From: Octopus vulgaris
Lineage: Eukaryota
Direction: 5' to 3'
Length of the DNA: 64,000 nucleotides
Assembly: GCA_951406725.2 (NCBI GenBank)
Contig: OX597827.1
Span: 31,992,001-32,056,000 of the forward strand
Positions 1 through 13,968 of the stretch are shown here, piece by piece. A program made the translations under genes and the position numbers. How positions within the stretch are numbered: position 1 is the first letter of the stretch; each line of letters opens with the position of its first letter. A model generated the notes under the pieces. That model made no database searches and was not told the origin of the DNA. It worked only from the letters and a program-made list of their open reading frames with translations.

Positions 1-272
1 TTGTATGTATGCGTGTATGAACGAGTGTGCGCGTGTGTGCGTATATGTGTATGCGGGTGCGTGTATGTGTGTGTGCGTATGCGTCTGTATGTGTGTGTGC
101 GTGTATGTGCACGTGTGTGCGCGTGTATGTGTGCGTGTGTGTGTGTATGTGTGCATGTGTGTGCGTGTGTGCGTGTGTGCATGTGTGCGTGCGTGCGTGC
201 GTGCGTGTGTGCATGTGTGTGCGTATGTGCGTGTGTGTATGTGCGCGAGCATGTGTGTGTGTGTGTATGCGT
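1..272. repeat. Compound alternating purine-pyrimidine microsatellite (TG/CG/TA)
   Basis: Directly visible; source of the spurious CV-rich ORFs. Confidence 0.95.
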
Positions 273-873
273 GAGTCGCATTGCCAAAAGTTTAAAAAGG
301 TCGGGTTCAATTCCACTGCGAAGCACCTTAAGCAGCTGCATCTTGTGCGAAAACGTTTTGCTGAGCTAAGCCTTCTGAGTAAAGTTGAGTAAACGGAAAC
401 TGTGGGGAAGACCATCGGATGCACTGTAAACGTAATTCAAAGGGCTCAGCCTTGACGCCTGCAGTGTCTGTGGAACACTCGGCCACTTACACCGCATTTA
501 CGTTCAGTTGGTTGTTCTGGTGAATTCTAACCAAAAGTTATACAGCCTTGTACGCATATGTGTGTGTGTGTGCGTGTGTACGCTTGTGTATACCTGTGAG
601 CGCATGCGCACTTGTTTGCACTAGGAAATATTAAAGCCTAGACTATTATCAAATGCCATAAAAATTATGCATTTTATTCTTTTACTTGTTTCAGTCATTT
701 GATTGCGGCCATGCTGGAGCAATGCCTTTAGTCGAACAAATCAACTCCAGGACTTATTCTTTGTAAGCCTAGTGCTCATTCTATCTGTCACTTTGGCTGA
801 ACCGCTAAGTTACGGGGACATAAACACACCAACATCGGTTGTCAAGGTATGGGGGAACACAGACACACAAACA

Positions 874-930
<57 letters not shown>

Positions 931-934
<4 letters not shown>

Positions 935-1196
935 AGTCCCAAAAAGAACAAACAAGAAAAAACAACAACGGGAGGACGTGGTACAAGTACTGTATTATCA
1001 GACGCTCAGGAAAGGAAGGAAAGAGGATTTAACGTTTCGAGCGAAGCTCTTCTTCAGAAACAGAGGATAGTCCAAAAGGAAGTGAAGATAGAGGAAGAAA
1101 ATCGCCAACGATACACACGTGGTTACATTTTGAAATGACCGGAAGGGAATGGGTGAAGGAAAAGTTATTTCTAAGACAGGAGAGTGCAAGAGGAGA
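931..1196 (-). mobile_element. Element F: PLE-type terminal-repeat fragment inserted at (TA)n inside SINE A
   Basis: Contains a minimal HHR; homologous to the G copies near 37.4 kb and 60.3 kb; T-rich 3' end abuts (TA)n. Confidence 0.65.
1027..1061 (-). ncRNA. Minimal type I hammerhead ribozyme motif
   Basis: Minus strand GTTT-CTGAAGA-A-GAGC-TTC-GCTC-GAAAC-GTT-AAAT: intact core, helix II, helix I and palindromic ACGT helix III. Confidence 0.75.
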
Positions 1197-1234
1197 TATG
1201 TGTGTGCATGTGTGGGTACGTGCGTGCGCGCAGA

Positions 1235-1270
<36 letters not shown>

Positions 1271-2185
1271 TGTAATAATAGCATCTGTATGTGCGTATGT
1301 GTGTGTGTGTGTGTGTGGTTTTGGCTGTTTATAAATGTGTGTGAGACAGGCTTCTTTCAGTTTCCGTCTACTAAATTCACTCACAGGGCTTTGGTCGGCT
1401 CGAAGCAATAGTAGAAGACACTCGCCCAAGGTGCAACGCAGTGGGGCTGAACCCGGAACCACGTGGTTGGGAAGCAAGCTTCTTACCACAGAGATATGCT
1501 TGCGCCTATTAAACCAGTTCATGAACAAATTCCTGGCATATGACACACCGTGCAGCTCTACAGGTATTGTCGATTTGATGAAGGGTGTGAGCGAATGTGC
1601 AACGCTCGCATTTGAACGCAATAAACACATCATTTATAGAGGTCGTTGAGCAAGAAATTCTAGATTCGTCTTTCTTGGTCTTGAGGGAATACATACAACA
1701 ATACAAACTGGGGGTGCCAGAACGAATTGAGAATCAATAGATAAGTTATTGATTCGATTCTCACTGTTCTGTGTGCACAGCCGGAATCATTATCTGCTCG
1801 GCAGACATCAGCAAGTAATTTGTTTGTGGATTTTTATAAACAAAGGTTTGTGCACATGTCAGCCTGTCAGATTCATTGCTCCGGCGGGTTAGCCTTGACC
1901 AAGAAGACACACAATGAGGTCGAAATACCACGATGCATCAAAGTTCTCTTACACCGGTAAATCGTTTGTGTTGTGAACACACATCGTCAAGAAAGAGATG
2001 ATGCTCTCCGATGGCAAAAAAGAACAGTGATCAGCATATTCACGTTCAAATCTACCAGAACGCATTAAGATTGAATAGATACGTTACTATAATAACACAC
2101 ACACACACACACACATACACGCATCCATACACACACGCACATCTAGACGTGTGTATATAAATTAACTGGTTATCTTAAGGAATAT

Positions 2186-2792
2186 CTTTTATCTTTCACT
2201 TGTTTCAGTCATTAGACTGTGGCCATGCTGGGGCACAACCTTGAAGAATTTTTAGTCGAATAAATCGACCCCAGGAATCATTTTATTTTAATATCTGGTA
2301 CTTATTCTGCTAAGTTTCGGGGACGTAAACACACTAGCACCGGTTGTCAAGTGGTAGTGGGGGACAAAGACACATACATATATGACGGACTTCTTTCAGT
2401 TTCCTTATTTCTTTACTACCTACAAGGGGCTAAGCATAGAGGGGACAAACAAGGACAGACAAACGGATTAAGTCGATTACATCGACCCCAGTGCGTAACT
2501 GGTACTTATTTTATCGACACCGAAAGGATGAAAGGCAAAGTCGACCTCGGCGGAATTTGAACTCAGAACGTAACAGCAGACGAAATACCGCTAAGCATTT
2601 CGCCCGGCGTGCTAACGTTTCTGCCAGCTCGCCGCCTTCTTTAAGTTTCCGTCTACCAAATCCACTCACAAGGTTTTGGTCGGTTCGAGGCTATCGGAGA
2701 AGATATTTGCAGAAAATAGCACACAGTCGGACTGAACCCGGAACCATGAGATAGGAAAGCAAGCTTCTTACCACACAGCCACGCCTGCGCCT
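2186..2792 (-). mobile_element. SINE family A with nested SINE B
   Basis: Family A sequence on both sides of the insertion. Confidence 0.9.
2405..2636 (-). mobile_element. SINE family B (long-tail form) nested in A
   Basis: 14-bp TSD ttcttt(c/a)agtttcc at 2391-2404 and 2637-2650. Confidence 0.92.
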
Positions 2793-3130
2793 ATGCGAAG
2801 CTTACGCAAACTATAATAAGCAAATGTGACGTTGCTGGATGAAAGGGTTTCCTAATATGGTAGAAAACCTATTTTTACAGGCAAACGATTTGTTCTGTAT
2901 TCAATCCCATAGTTCAGAACGAATCAGGAATAAAACATTTAGAAAATTAAAAACAAATACAATCATGAAGATTGTGCGTGAGGATAAAAGAATCCAGATT
3001 CCTGGAGAAATACGTAAATATCAAGTTTTTGTCATTGAAGTAAGAAATTCAAGGTTGTTCGATAAAATATTTCGAGTTTGATGGAGAATTGTGAACCTTC
3101 GCGGGTGGACGATAAAAAAAAAATCAACAC

Positions 3131-3716
<586 letters not shown>

Positions 3717-3779
3717 GACTTAAAGAGTACATGCTTCTACTAGAGTACTCATACGGTATGTGTATGTTTGTATACATAC

Positions 3780-3816
<37 letters not shown>

Positions 3817-4266
3817 CGGACAGACAGACGTGATGGATAGATAAAAGGATAGAGAGAAAGAAAAAGATGGCCAGACGGATACATAGACAGACAGACAGCT
3901 AGATAGATCGTTAGACAAAAACAGATTTTCAAACTTCTTATCTTAGGTCTGGAAAACATGACAAATGTTGCTTAACAAATTTTCTATTTTAACCATCAGA
4001 CAAATTGCATAGCTTCTCTATCATTCACTCAAAGTATATCAACACGAAATTTGAGCAACAGAACATTAGATTGGGGATTATACATAAATACGTATGCATG
4101 TATAGTATACATACACACGCACGTATGTAGATACATATGTATATACGAGTATGTTTATATATTTACACACGAGTGTATATGTGTGTGTGCATGTGAATAT
4201 ATATGTATACAGATATACGTGTATATATACATATATGCATGTACATGCTTATACATGTATATAGAT

Positions 4267-4307
<41 letters not shown>

Positions 4308-4617
4308 AGACGGACGCATTTGTAAATATGTATATACAATTAAATGTATACATATACAAATATATGTGTGTATATTGATATACACTAACAAATATACATA
4401 CACACATACATAAACACAGATACTACACACACAAACACACAAACACACAAACACACACGCACCGCAATAAAGTTTCAAAAAGTTTTCAAGCAGGAAAGTC
4501 TTAACGGAAATTTGATAAAATTACATTTTAGTCATGTTTTTCTTTCTTCTTCGTTAAGCAACCGCTTGCCTATTATACACACACTACTACCGAATATTAT
4601 ATACATACATACATACA

Positions 4618-4651
<34 letters not shown>

Positions 4652-5762
4652 CATGCATGCATTCATACACACACACACACAAACACACACACAACACACA
4701 CACTCACACAACACACACACACACATATATATAGATATATTTATATATATAGTCTAGGTCCAAAGTACTTTCGCTCTACTGAAGTGGTTTTGATTAATCT
4801 CAATGTCAAATTATTCAGAGCATCATGGACGATTCTGCTCGTTCTCTATGCGGCAGTTAGAGTTAGCTTCACTCGAATTAAACAGCCAAAGAAGAAAACA
4901 AAAGAAATTTTTTTTAAATTTTTTTTAAATGATTTCACACACACACACACACACACACACAAAGAAAAGAATAGAACAAACATGTATAAAGTCATCTCAT
5001 TGAAGAAATTAGGCTAACCGGAAAAAGTGAAGTACAGAGTTTAGGAGGTCATTTATAACATGACAGCTACGCTAAGACAACCGTTGAGCTCAGACAAAGC
5101 GAGCCTCTTGTGGTTAGTTTCCGCGCTGCCAAACAGTGGTACAGACAGGTACAGCAGCATCAACGGCAGCAGTAGCAGTTGTAGTAATTTATTTTATTAG
5201 CCACAGGGTCATAGATGAGGGGGACATCACGAGGAAATACAACAGTTTGTGTGGCGATTTACTTAAAGGGGAGAAAAGAAATGGAAAAGATCAGTGAAAT
5301 GAAATAAAAGAACACACACAGACACACACACACACACACACACACACCATACGAAACGTTAGTGGAGCAAAAACACGATACATGCTGCAACAGAAAAGGC
5401 TACCATATTACATTTCTACGCGTGACGTCAGGGAAATCAAAGAGGAATTAAATATGTCTTCGTGTTGCTAATGTTTTATCGTTTCTCTGTCCCCACCCAG
5501 CGTAGGGTCCAGATGCCCCATGACTAAAACCTTCCTCATATCTAACCACCTTCTGCAAAACTGTATCATGAGCACATTTGTTTTTTATTCAACATGTGAA
5601 GTTCTTCTCAGATCTTCTAAAATGGCGCCTGATCTTCATAGTTGGCTTTTCTCGTATCTCCTCTACTCAGCCACTCCGATACATTTCTCTCTTCACCTCT
5701 TTTCACCTTTGCTGCATCTGACTCTATCTGTTATCTATTATTATTCCCCCTCCCCCGTTTAA

Positions 5763-6032
5763 GGCGGCGAGCTGGCAGAATCGTTAGCACGCCGGGCGAA
5801 ATGCTTAGTGGTATTTCGTCTGCCGTTACGTTCTGAGTTCAAATTCTGCCGAGGTCGACTTTGCCTTTCATCCTTTCGGGATCGATAAAATAAATACCAG
5901 TTACACACTGGGGTTGATATAATCGACTTAATCCGTTTGTCTGTCCTTGTTTGTCCTCTCTGTGCTTAGCCCCTTGTGGGTAGTAAAGAAATAGGTATTT
6001 CGTCCGTCTTTAAGTTATAAGTTCAAATTCCG
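5763..6032 (+). mobile_element. SINE family B plus start of a second unit
   Basis: ggcggcgagctggcagaatcgttagc head, gagttcaaattc B box, gcctttcatcctttcggg central domain. Confidence 0.9.
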
Positions 6033-6524
6033 GATCTTTCCCTTTGAACAACAGATCAAGAAATTAATTTTTTGTAACTAAACACTTTCAAACATAATAG
6101 CTGCTCAGACAGTTATTGGATAGAACGAAAAGGCTAAGCCAGCCCTACATTAGAACACGACTTCCACCTTTTATAGTATATTGTTCTGACTGTCATATAG
6201 CATGTCTACTGGACGAAAAAGTTTAACGTGACCTTCGCTGCACGGCCATCACGTTACCTTCATACACAGATGTAGCGGAAAATTGACAGAAAATTCCATT
6301 ACCTCACCACGTGAACATCATCAACCAATCAACCTGTACATTGACTGATAGCAATATGAGCCACATTTTTCTCGATAAAATACATTTTTGAACAAGGGCC
6401 AGAAAAGATACAGTTTGCGGAACAGTACCACGTAATACGCTTTTGAAATTCAACAAATGTGAAACCGGCTAAGTGCATGTGTGTGTGGTTGTACACACAC
6501 ATGCACACACAGACACACACACAT

Positions 6525-6570
<46 letters not shown>

Positions 6571-6579
6571 TACATATAT

Positions 6580-6626
<47 letters not shown>

Positions 6627-6659
6627 GAAAAGTGATATGTACATATATATGAAACGATT

Positions 6660-6694
<35 letters not shown>

Positions 6695-6761
6695 AAGTTA
6701 GGTATATATAAATTATGTATGTATATATACATACACTACACACTACATATATATATATAGT

Positions 6762-6969
6762 TTTCAAATTTTGGCACAATGTTAGCAATTTCGGGGAAGG
6801 AGGAAGTAAATTACATTGAGCCCCAGTACTCAACTAGTACTTATTTTATCGATCCTGAGAGGATGAAAGGCAAAGTCAACCTCAACAGAGTTTGAACTGG
6901 GAATGTACAGACGGACAAAATGCCTCTAAGTATTTTGTCCGGCGTGCGAACGATTCTACCAGCTCGCCT
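6762..6969 (-). mobile_element. SINE family B (short-tail form)
   Basis: Reverse complement of the B sequence. Confidence 0.85.
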
Positions 6970-7031
6970 ACACACACACATACATACATACATACATACA
7001 TACATACATACATACATACATACATACATAC

Positions 7032-7892
7032 ATTATTATGGCTGCCCCCTCGTTATCGAGTATGACCATTGCTCGAAGCTTAACTGTTACTGGTGCTGTG
7101 ATCGAAAGTGACATTTTAGCCCAGCTAAAGATCTGCAATGTCTTGTACAAAATTGGCAACTAAAACCTTTACTGGTAATAGCCGGCTGTAGTTGTAACTG
7201 GGCTTCATGTATCTTTGCATGTCGTTTAGGTCCTCCTGCCGAATTACACTCTCTTCCACATGCCCGACAAATATGATTAGTATGGTGTGTTACACCACCA
7301 CCAGTGGCCAGGATGTCACTCATCTGTCTCGTTTTATGACTACGAAGATGACTCTTGGGTCCAGCTTTACTGAGGCAGGGTCTTGCACAGACATTGCATG
7401 TCAGCATCAAAGGAAGACCCTTCCCTTCTGGAAGTGTAACATCGATGCCCTTCCTGACATCCCTCCTTACTTTCTCATGTGCAACTCGAGATTTCTCAAA
7501 AGTGGCTGTCCCCTCATGCACAAACCTTCTCGACTTGCTACGATCAATAGTATGTCTTCCCATGTGTCAGGAGAGATGCAAGCATCTCTTAAGGAAGCCT
7601 TCAGCAAGTCCTTATACCTCTTTTTTGGTTTATGTGATGTGGAGGTCGTTCTCCTTTAGCTAACTCTCCATAAAAGAGTTGTTTTGGCATCCTTGAAACC
7701 TTCATCCTGACCAGATGACCACTCCATCTGAGCCTTTGCTTTAACATAAGAGCTTCAATACTTTCACACCGAGAGCCTTCCAATATTTCAAGATCACTGA
7801 TGCAGTCCTTCCACTTAATGCCATAGATCCGTCTAAGGCACATCTGATGGAAACGTTCCAGTTGTTTAAGGTAGTATCGATATGTGACCCAC
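7032..7892 (-). pseudogene. 5'-truncated RTE-clade LINE 3' end (post-RT region plus three C2H2-like zinc fingers)
   Basis: LERFHQMCLRRIYGIKWKD..LRWSGHLVRM..RMPKQLFYGEL is typical RTE/BovB; frameshifted; 3' stem-loop and short (ATA) tail. Confidence 0.9.
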
Positions 7893-7937
7893 GTCACATA
7901 CACACACACACACACATATTTACATAAATGCGCTCTC

Positions 7938-8138
7938 TTTAAAGCCTAGCCAAGCTCACGGGTCCGGTTTCCCGGTTTATATCGCAGCGTTACTCAATTT
8001 TGCCAGCTGAGTGGACTGGAGCAACGTGAAATAAAGTGTTTTGCTCAAGAACACAACGCGTCGCCCGGTCCAGGAATCGAAACCACAATCTTACGATCAT
8101 GATGCTGACACCCGAACCAGTAAGCCACGCACCTCCAC
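7938..8138 (-). mobile_element. SINE, D-type CORE head with C-type 3' tail
   Basis: Minus strand gtgttcttgagcaaaacactttatttcacgttgctccagtccactcagctg; tail resembles 26860-26900. Confidence 0.8.
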
Positions 8139-8139
8139 T

Positions 8140-8204
<65 letters not shown>

Positions 8205-8249
8205 TATGTTTTATTTATTAATTTGTTATTATATTACGGAACGCACGCA

Positions 8250-8832
8250 ATCCATTTCTAAGTAAGTTTGTTCTTAACATTAATAATGATGCGCACTCTT
8301 AACCTTTCTGTCCCCCTCCCTTTCTCAACCTTCATTCTTTCTGGTTTCCTTTTCTTCTACCTTACTGTCTCTCCCTCCCTCTCTCTCATTCTTCATTTTT
8401 TCTAGTTTTCTCTACAACCACTCCCTTTTTTCTCTCCCTTTCTTTTACTCCTCCTCCTCCTTCGATGTAGACGGCTTTTCTGTGCCTCCTTCGCCGTTCA
8501 TAAAAAATGCGTTCGTAAAATTTTCTCTCGTTTGGCTTAACAGCCCTCCTTATCTGTGTTACTGTTATTCTCCTTGTCCTGTTTTTGTTACAATTTTACC
8601 CCTCCGCAAAACAATCTCAAATTTTATTTAATTTGCTTTTTGCGGGAAGGAATGTTTCACAGAATTCGTGTCTCACCTTGACCTTCGAAACGCGGAGTAG
8701 ATGAAACAGAGGCGACTGAAGAAGGGGAATTTTCTTTGTGTCCTGTACTCTATTTTTCGTTGTTTAAGAAAAATGTCAATTTCCTTAGTTTTGTGTTTAT
8801 GTTTTCGTTGTTTTTTTTTTTGGTGTCCTGTA
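8250..8832 (+). mobile_element. Element H: pyrimidine-rich repeat, possibly a PLE 3' region
   Basis: 8686-8760 is similar to minus-strand 50330-50405; T-rich end abuts tatata. Confidence 0.4.
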
Positions 8833-9339
8833 TATATGCACATCTTTTGTATATATTAAAATTTTAAAAAAAGACTCTCCAGATATTCCCCATGTTTGTT
8901 TCTCAAATTCCACTCCCGGCAATATTATACTCCATTCATGCATGGCTTCGCTTGAAGCCATTCCGAAATGCAACTCCGAAGACATGAATAACAACAACAT
9001 CAACGAAATTAACATTCTTGAAGCATTAGAATTTTAATTTTTAAACTAAAAAAAGGAATTCTATTCTTTTATGTATTTCAGCCCTAAGGCTGTGGCCATG
9101 CTGGGGCACCGCAAATTATGAACTAAGTAAGTTAGGTCTCACCCACGGGCAATGCTTGTATATATATATATACACATATATAAATATATATATGTATACA
9201 CACACACATACACATACATGTATATATACACACATGCGCATACATGTATTCACACACATGCATACAAACACACAAATACATATATGTGTATGTATACATA
9301 CACTGTTAATTGCACATGGCTGTGTGTGTGTGCACATCG

Positions 9340-9503
9340 GTGCAGGAGTGGCTGTGTGGTAAGTAGCTTGTATACGAATCACATGGCTACGGGTTCAGTC
9401 CCACTGTGTGGCACCTTGGGCAAGTGTCTTCTACTATAGCCACGGGCCGACCAAAGCCTTGTGAGTGGATTTGGTAGACGGAAACTGAAAGAAGACCGTC
9501 GTA

Positions 9504-9602
<99 letters not shown>

Positions 9603-9804
9603 TTGTGTGTCTGTGTTTGTCCCCCCAACATTGCTTGACAACCGATGGTGGTGTGTTTACGTCCCCGTAAACTAGCGGTTCGGCAAAAGAAATCGATAGA
9701 ATAAGTACTAGGCTTACAAAGAATAAATCCTGATGTCGATTTGCTCGACTAAAGGCGGTGCTCCAGCATGACCACAGTCAAATGACTGAAACAAGTAAAA
9801 GAGT
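9340..9804 (+). mobile_element. SINE family A, full length
   Basis: Matches the A sequence. Confidence 0.93.
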
Positions 9805-9819
9805 ATACACATTCAATCA

Positions 9820-10160
9820 TATCATCATCATAATCATCATCATCATCATCGTTTAACGTCATGGGTTAGACGGTTCGACTGGGGTCTGGGAAGCCAGGAG
9901 GCTGCACCAAGCCCTTCCTAACGCCAACCACTCCGTGAGTGTAGAGGGGGTTTTTACATGCCACCGGCACAGGTGCCAGGCGAGCCTGGCAACGGCCACG
10001 ATCGGTTGGTGCGTTTTACGTGCCACCGGTACGGACCCCATTCGAATCGGCGCTGGCAGCGGCCACGTTCGGATGGTTCTTTTACGTGCCACCGGCACTG
10101 GTATCACAACTGCAATTTCCATTGATTTTTGATCGATTTCGATTTCACTTGCCTCAACAG
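9820..10160 (-). mobile_element. SINE-like element with RTE-type 3' end and internal tandem units
   Basis: Minus-strand ggagtggttggcgttaggaaggg and acgttaaacgatgatgat tail; three ttttac(a/g)tgccaccgg units. Confidence 0.75.
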
Positions 10161-11959
10161 TCAGAGAGAGAGAGAGAGAGAGAGAGACGCATACATACAC
10201 ACACACGTGCGCGCGCATATATATGTATACACACATACGTAGATATACATACACACACAAGTTACATTTTGAACATTTTCTAACACAATCCGCTCCATTT
10301 TACAGTTTTTGTTTTTATTAATCAGGCAACCCTCCCAGCTCTTGTTATTGTTGTTGTTATTGTTATTGTTGTTGAACCCCCTCTCCCAACTCAGTATTAG
10401 TTGAGCTGATCTCAAATATAAGACGTGCCGGCCAAGACCTCCTGCCTTTTTTAGTTTCTAGAAAGTATTTATCTAATGTTACATACATTCCCTTTATCAA
10501 AATGATAGCTTTGAGGGTATTATTTCTAGCAAATTGATCGACCACCTACGTGCATGTACCCTCACCACGGTTACTGCAGTCATAATTGCTATTGTTGCTG
10601 CTGTTGTTGTGAGAGTCTTGGGGGTGGGGATCAGTAACAGCTGAACTATAATTGTCAGCTACAACTGCTTTTTGACACCAATTATTTCAGAAGAGGACAT
10701 TACGGTTTCAAATGACGTGTTCTCTCCCTCATAGTTCAGCAGAAGAGCACTCTACCCCTGTTCATTTGCCTTGGTATTTACATTGACACTTAAACAAATA
10801 ACTTTATATGTATGTATGCATGCATGTATGTGTGTATGTATATGTATGTATGTGTGTATGTATGTATGTATGTATGGTATGTATATATGTATGTATGTGC
10901 GTGCATGTATGTATGTATGTGCGTGCATGTGTGTATGTGCGTTCATGTGTGTATGTATGTATGTATGTGTATATGTATGTGTATATATACGTATGTGTTT
11001 ATATGTTTGTCTGTATGTATGATTGTTAAAAGGATATATACACAAGTGTGTATATATATACATTTATATGTATATATATATACATATATATATGTATTAA
11101 TATGTGTGTGTGTATGTATGTACGCATGTATGTATGTATGTATACATATGTGTACATACATTCAACTACACGTGTATATATATTCGCATGCGTATTCTTC
11201 TGAAAATGCCAGCGTGGACTGAACAGTATTACTAAAATTACGCCATTTTGTATATACAAGTGTGTGTATATTATCCTATATTCATATATGTAATCCTATA
11301 TTCAATTGTATATATATATATATATATATATATAATTGTATATAGGATTACACGATCACAGCTGACCATACAGCTAACTGATTAACTAAACCCAGGATAA
11401 TAAAAGAGATAAATGGCAACAAGGCAGCTGTCTACATTAACCGCCAGATAGATAGGAATATCAAATTTCTGACAGTTGTCTGTGCGTCCATATTGACATC
11501 AGGTCATACAGCTATTACGCAGCCGCAACGCCGCTGCTATAGCTGACCTCAAAATACGACTCAACTGTTTGTTATCTGCTTTTTGTTGTTGTTGTTGTTG
11601 TATTGTTTTTGAAAGGAATGATATTATTAGAGAATTAATGTAATTCTTGATATATTATTATGTAAATTTAACTGAGAAGGTCATGGCTGGAACGGCAATG
11701 ATCATAGATCTCAATAACATGTTCAGCTGCGCATGTCACACAGCCAAAGGAAGCAGCCTCTACGAAATATTACTCGACGTGCTAAGATTAGTAGCAGACC
11801 TCCTTTAAATCACTCTCTGCCGTTTTTTTAGACAGGAGCACGTTGGAGATTTTTGTCTTGGGTTCCTAGCATTTAAGACAGAGACGGCCGGAAATATTTT
11901 TTTTTCATACAAGTTATCGATCAAGCTTAACCTAGGAAACAGCAACAACAGTAGCAGCA

Positions 11960-12119
11960 ATTTCTGTCGTAAGAAGTTTGCTTCCCAACCACATGGTTCT
12001 TGGTTCAGATCTCACTACCTGGCACCTTTGGGTGTCTTCTGCTATAGTCTCGGTCCGAACAAAGACTTGTGAGTGGATTTGGTAGATAGAAACTGAAAGA
12101 ATCCCATCATATATATATA

Positions 12120-12156
<37 letters not shown>

Positions 12157-12340
12157 GTCTGTGTTTGTCCCCCCAACATCGCTTGACAACCGATGGTGGT
12201 GTGTTTACGTTCCTGTAACTTAGCGGTTCGGCAAAAGAGACCGATAGAATAATTCCTGGGTTTGATTTGCTCGACTAAAACCGGTGCTCCAGCATGGCCG
12301 CAGTCAAATGACTGAAAATAGTAAAAGAGTAAAGAGTATA
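11960..12340 (+). mobile_element. SINE family A
   Basis: Matches the A sequence, head eroded. Confidence 0.88.
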
Positions 12341-12384
12341 TATAAACGCTGTTTGACGCTGATACTGCTGAATATATATATTCT

Positions 12385-12780
12385 TTTTTTTTGTCTCGGT
12401 CATTTGACTGAGGCCATGCAGGAGCACCGCCTTTTAGTCGAATAAATCAACCCCAGGACTTATTCTTTGTGAGCCTAGTACCTATTCTATCGGTCTCTTT
12501 TGCCGAACTGCTTAGTTACAGGGACGTAAACACACCAACATCGGTTTTCAAGCGATGGTGGGGGACAACACAAACACACAAACGCACACACACACACACA
12601 CACACACACATATGTATACATATACGACGGGCTTCTTTCAGTTTCTGTCTACCAAATCCACTCACAAGGCTTTGGTCGGCCCGAGGCTATAGCAGAAGAC
12701 ACTTGCCCAAAGTGTCACACAGTGGGACTGAACCCGGAACCATGTGGTTGAGAAGCAAGCCTCTTACCACACACCAGGCA
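12385..12780 (-). mobile_element. SINE family A, tail-to-tail with the preceding copy
   Basis: Reverse complement of A. Confidence 0.9.
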
Positions 12781-12934
12781 TATATATATATATATATATA
12801 CGCGTGTGTGTCTTTGTGTGGCCCCCACCACTGCTTGACGCTTGACAATGGTGTTGGTATGTCTAATGACTGAAATAAGTGAAAGATAAAAGGCGAAAGA
12901 GTTCGCTTTAGAAAAGACAACATTCGAAAATACT

Positions 12935-13147
12935 GGTTTCAAATTTTGGCACAAGGCCAGCAATTTCGGAGGTGGGTGAAGAGGGGGGTGTCGATTACAT
13001 CGATCCCAGTGTTCAATTTGTACCTATTTTATCGATTCCGAATGGATGAAAGGCAAAGACGAAATTTGGACTCAAAACGTAAACACGGACGAAATGTCGC
13101 TTAACTTTTCTTCCGGCATACTAACCATTCTGGCAGCTCGCCGCCCT
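12935..13147 (-). mobile_element. SINE family B
   Basis: Reverse complement of B. Confidence 0.85.
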
Positions 13148-13191
13148 CAAGAAAATGTAATATCGTCGTGAGTTTCTTGTTTATTGGATAA

Positions 13192-13275
13192 AGACGGGAT
13201 GGTCAAGATTGTTTGAGACATCTATGATCAGAGGACTGGTCGATCAGTGCTGACCCGGGGTTAAATAACACCACC
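13192..13275 (+). repeat. Old dispersed repeat J fragment
   Basis: gacgggatggtc...gatcag..ctgacc..gggctaaa(caa)n pattern; related pieces near 11680, 22160, 25590-25745, 42640-42860 and 59550. Confidence 0.5.
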
Positions 13276-13917
13276 AACAACAGTAACAAAACGGAAGCTT
13301 GAATCACAAGTCTCAATTGTATTACATTGTTAATGATTTCAAAATATTATTACACGCGCCACCAACGACTCGTCTTCAACACCAAACACCATACAGTAAA
13401 TTGTCTCTCAACATGTAAACCCTATATAATATGTAATATATAAAAAGTAACGGGTCTAAAAATCTGCACATTCTCGAATAGTATGATATAAATCTCTCTC
13501 TGTTGTTCTTTCTGTTACCCCAGCCCCTCAATTTTTAAACGTTATTTTTATACGACATGAACGCACAAAAATATATAATACCCATAGCTGTTAACATGGT
13601 GGTCATGTAACACCATTTTTCCTTTGTCGAAGCAGACGTGTTTATTCTGACCATATATGAACCACTTCAAGACTTGGTTCCAAATAAATAGACTTGAGTG
13701 AAAAATCTATCAAATTCGTCTTGCCCGTCCGTTCTTAACAACAGATACTAGACAACATCTGCTACAAGCAAACGACACACTCAGCAACATATAAAATCTC
13801 TCTTTCCCTCTCTTACATACACACATACCATACAGACGATCATACAAACATCACATATCAGACAAACAGACATTTGATAGACACACAAACATGTCAGACA
13901 AACAAACATATCAGATG

Positions 13918-13968
<51 letters not shown>

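Larger units (their letters stand above)
674..1508 (-). mobile_element. SINE family A (tRNA head, CORE-like segment, internal microsatellite), interrupted by element F
   Basis: Reverse complement of the family A sequence seen in about 15 other copies. Confidence 0.9.

Noticed and set aside
9950-10100. Regularly spaced repeats resembling a CRISPR array
   Set aside because: Internal tandem units of a SINE; the spacers are related to each other; eukaryotic context
12469-12873. Recurrent ORFs containing [30 protein letters not shown]
   Set aside because: Antisense reading of SINE A, not a gene family
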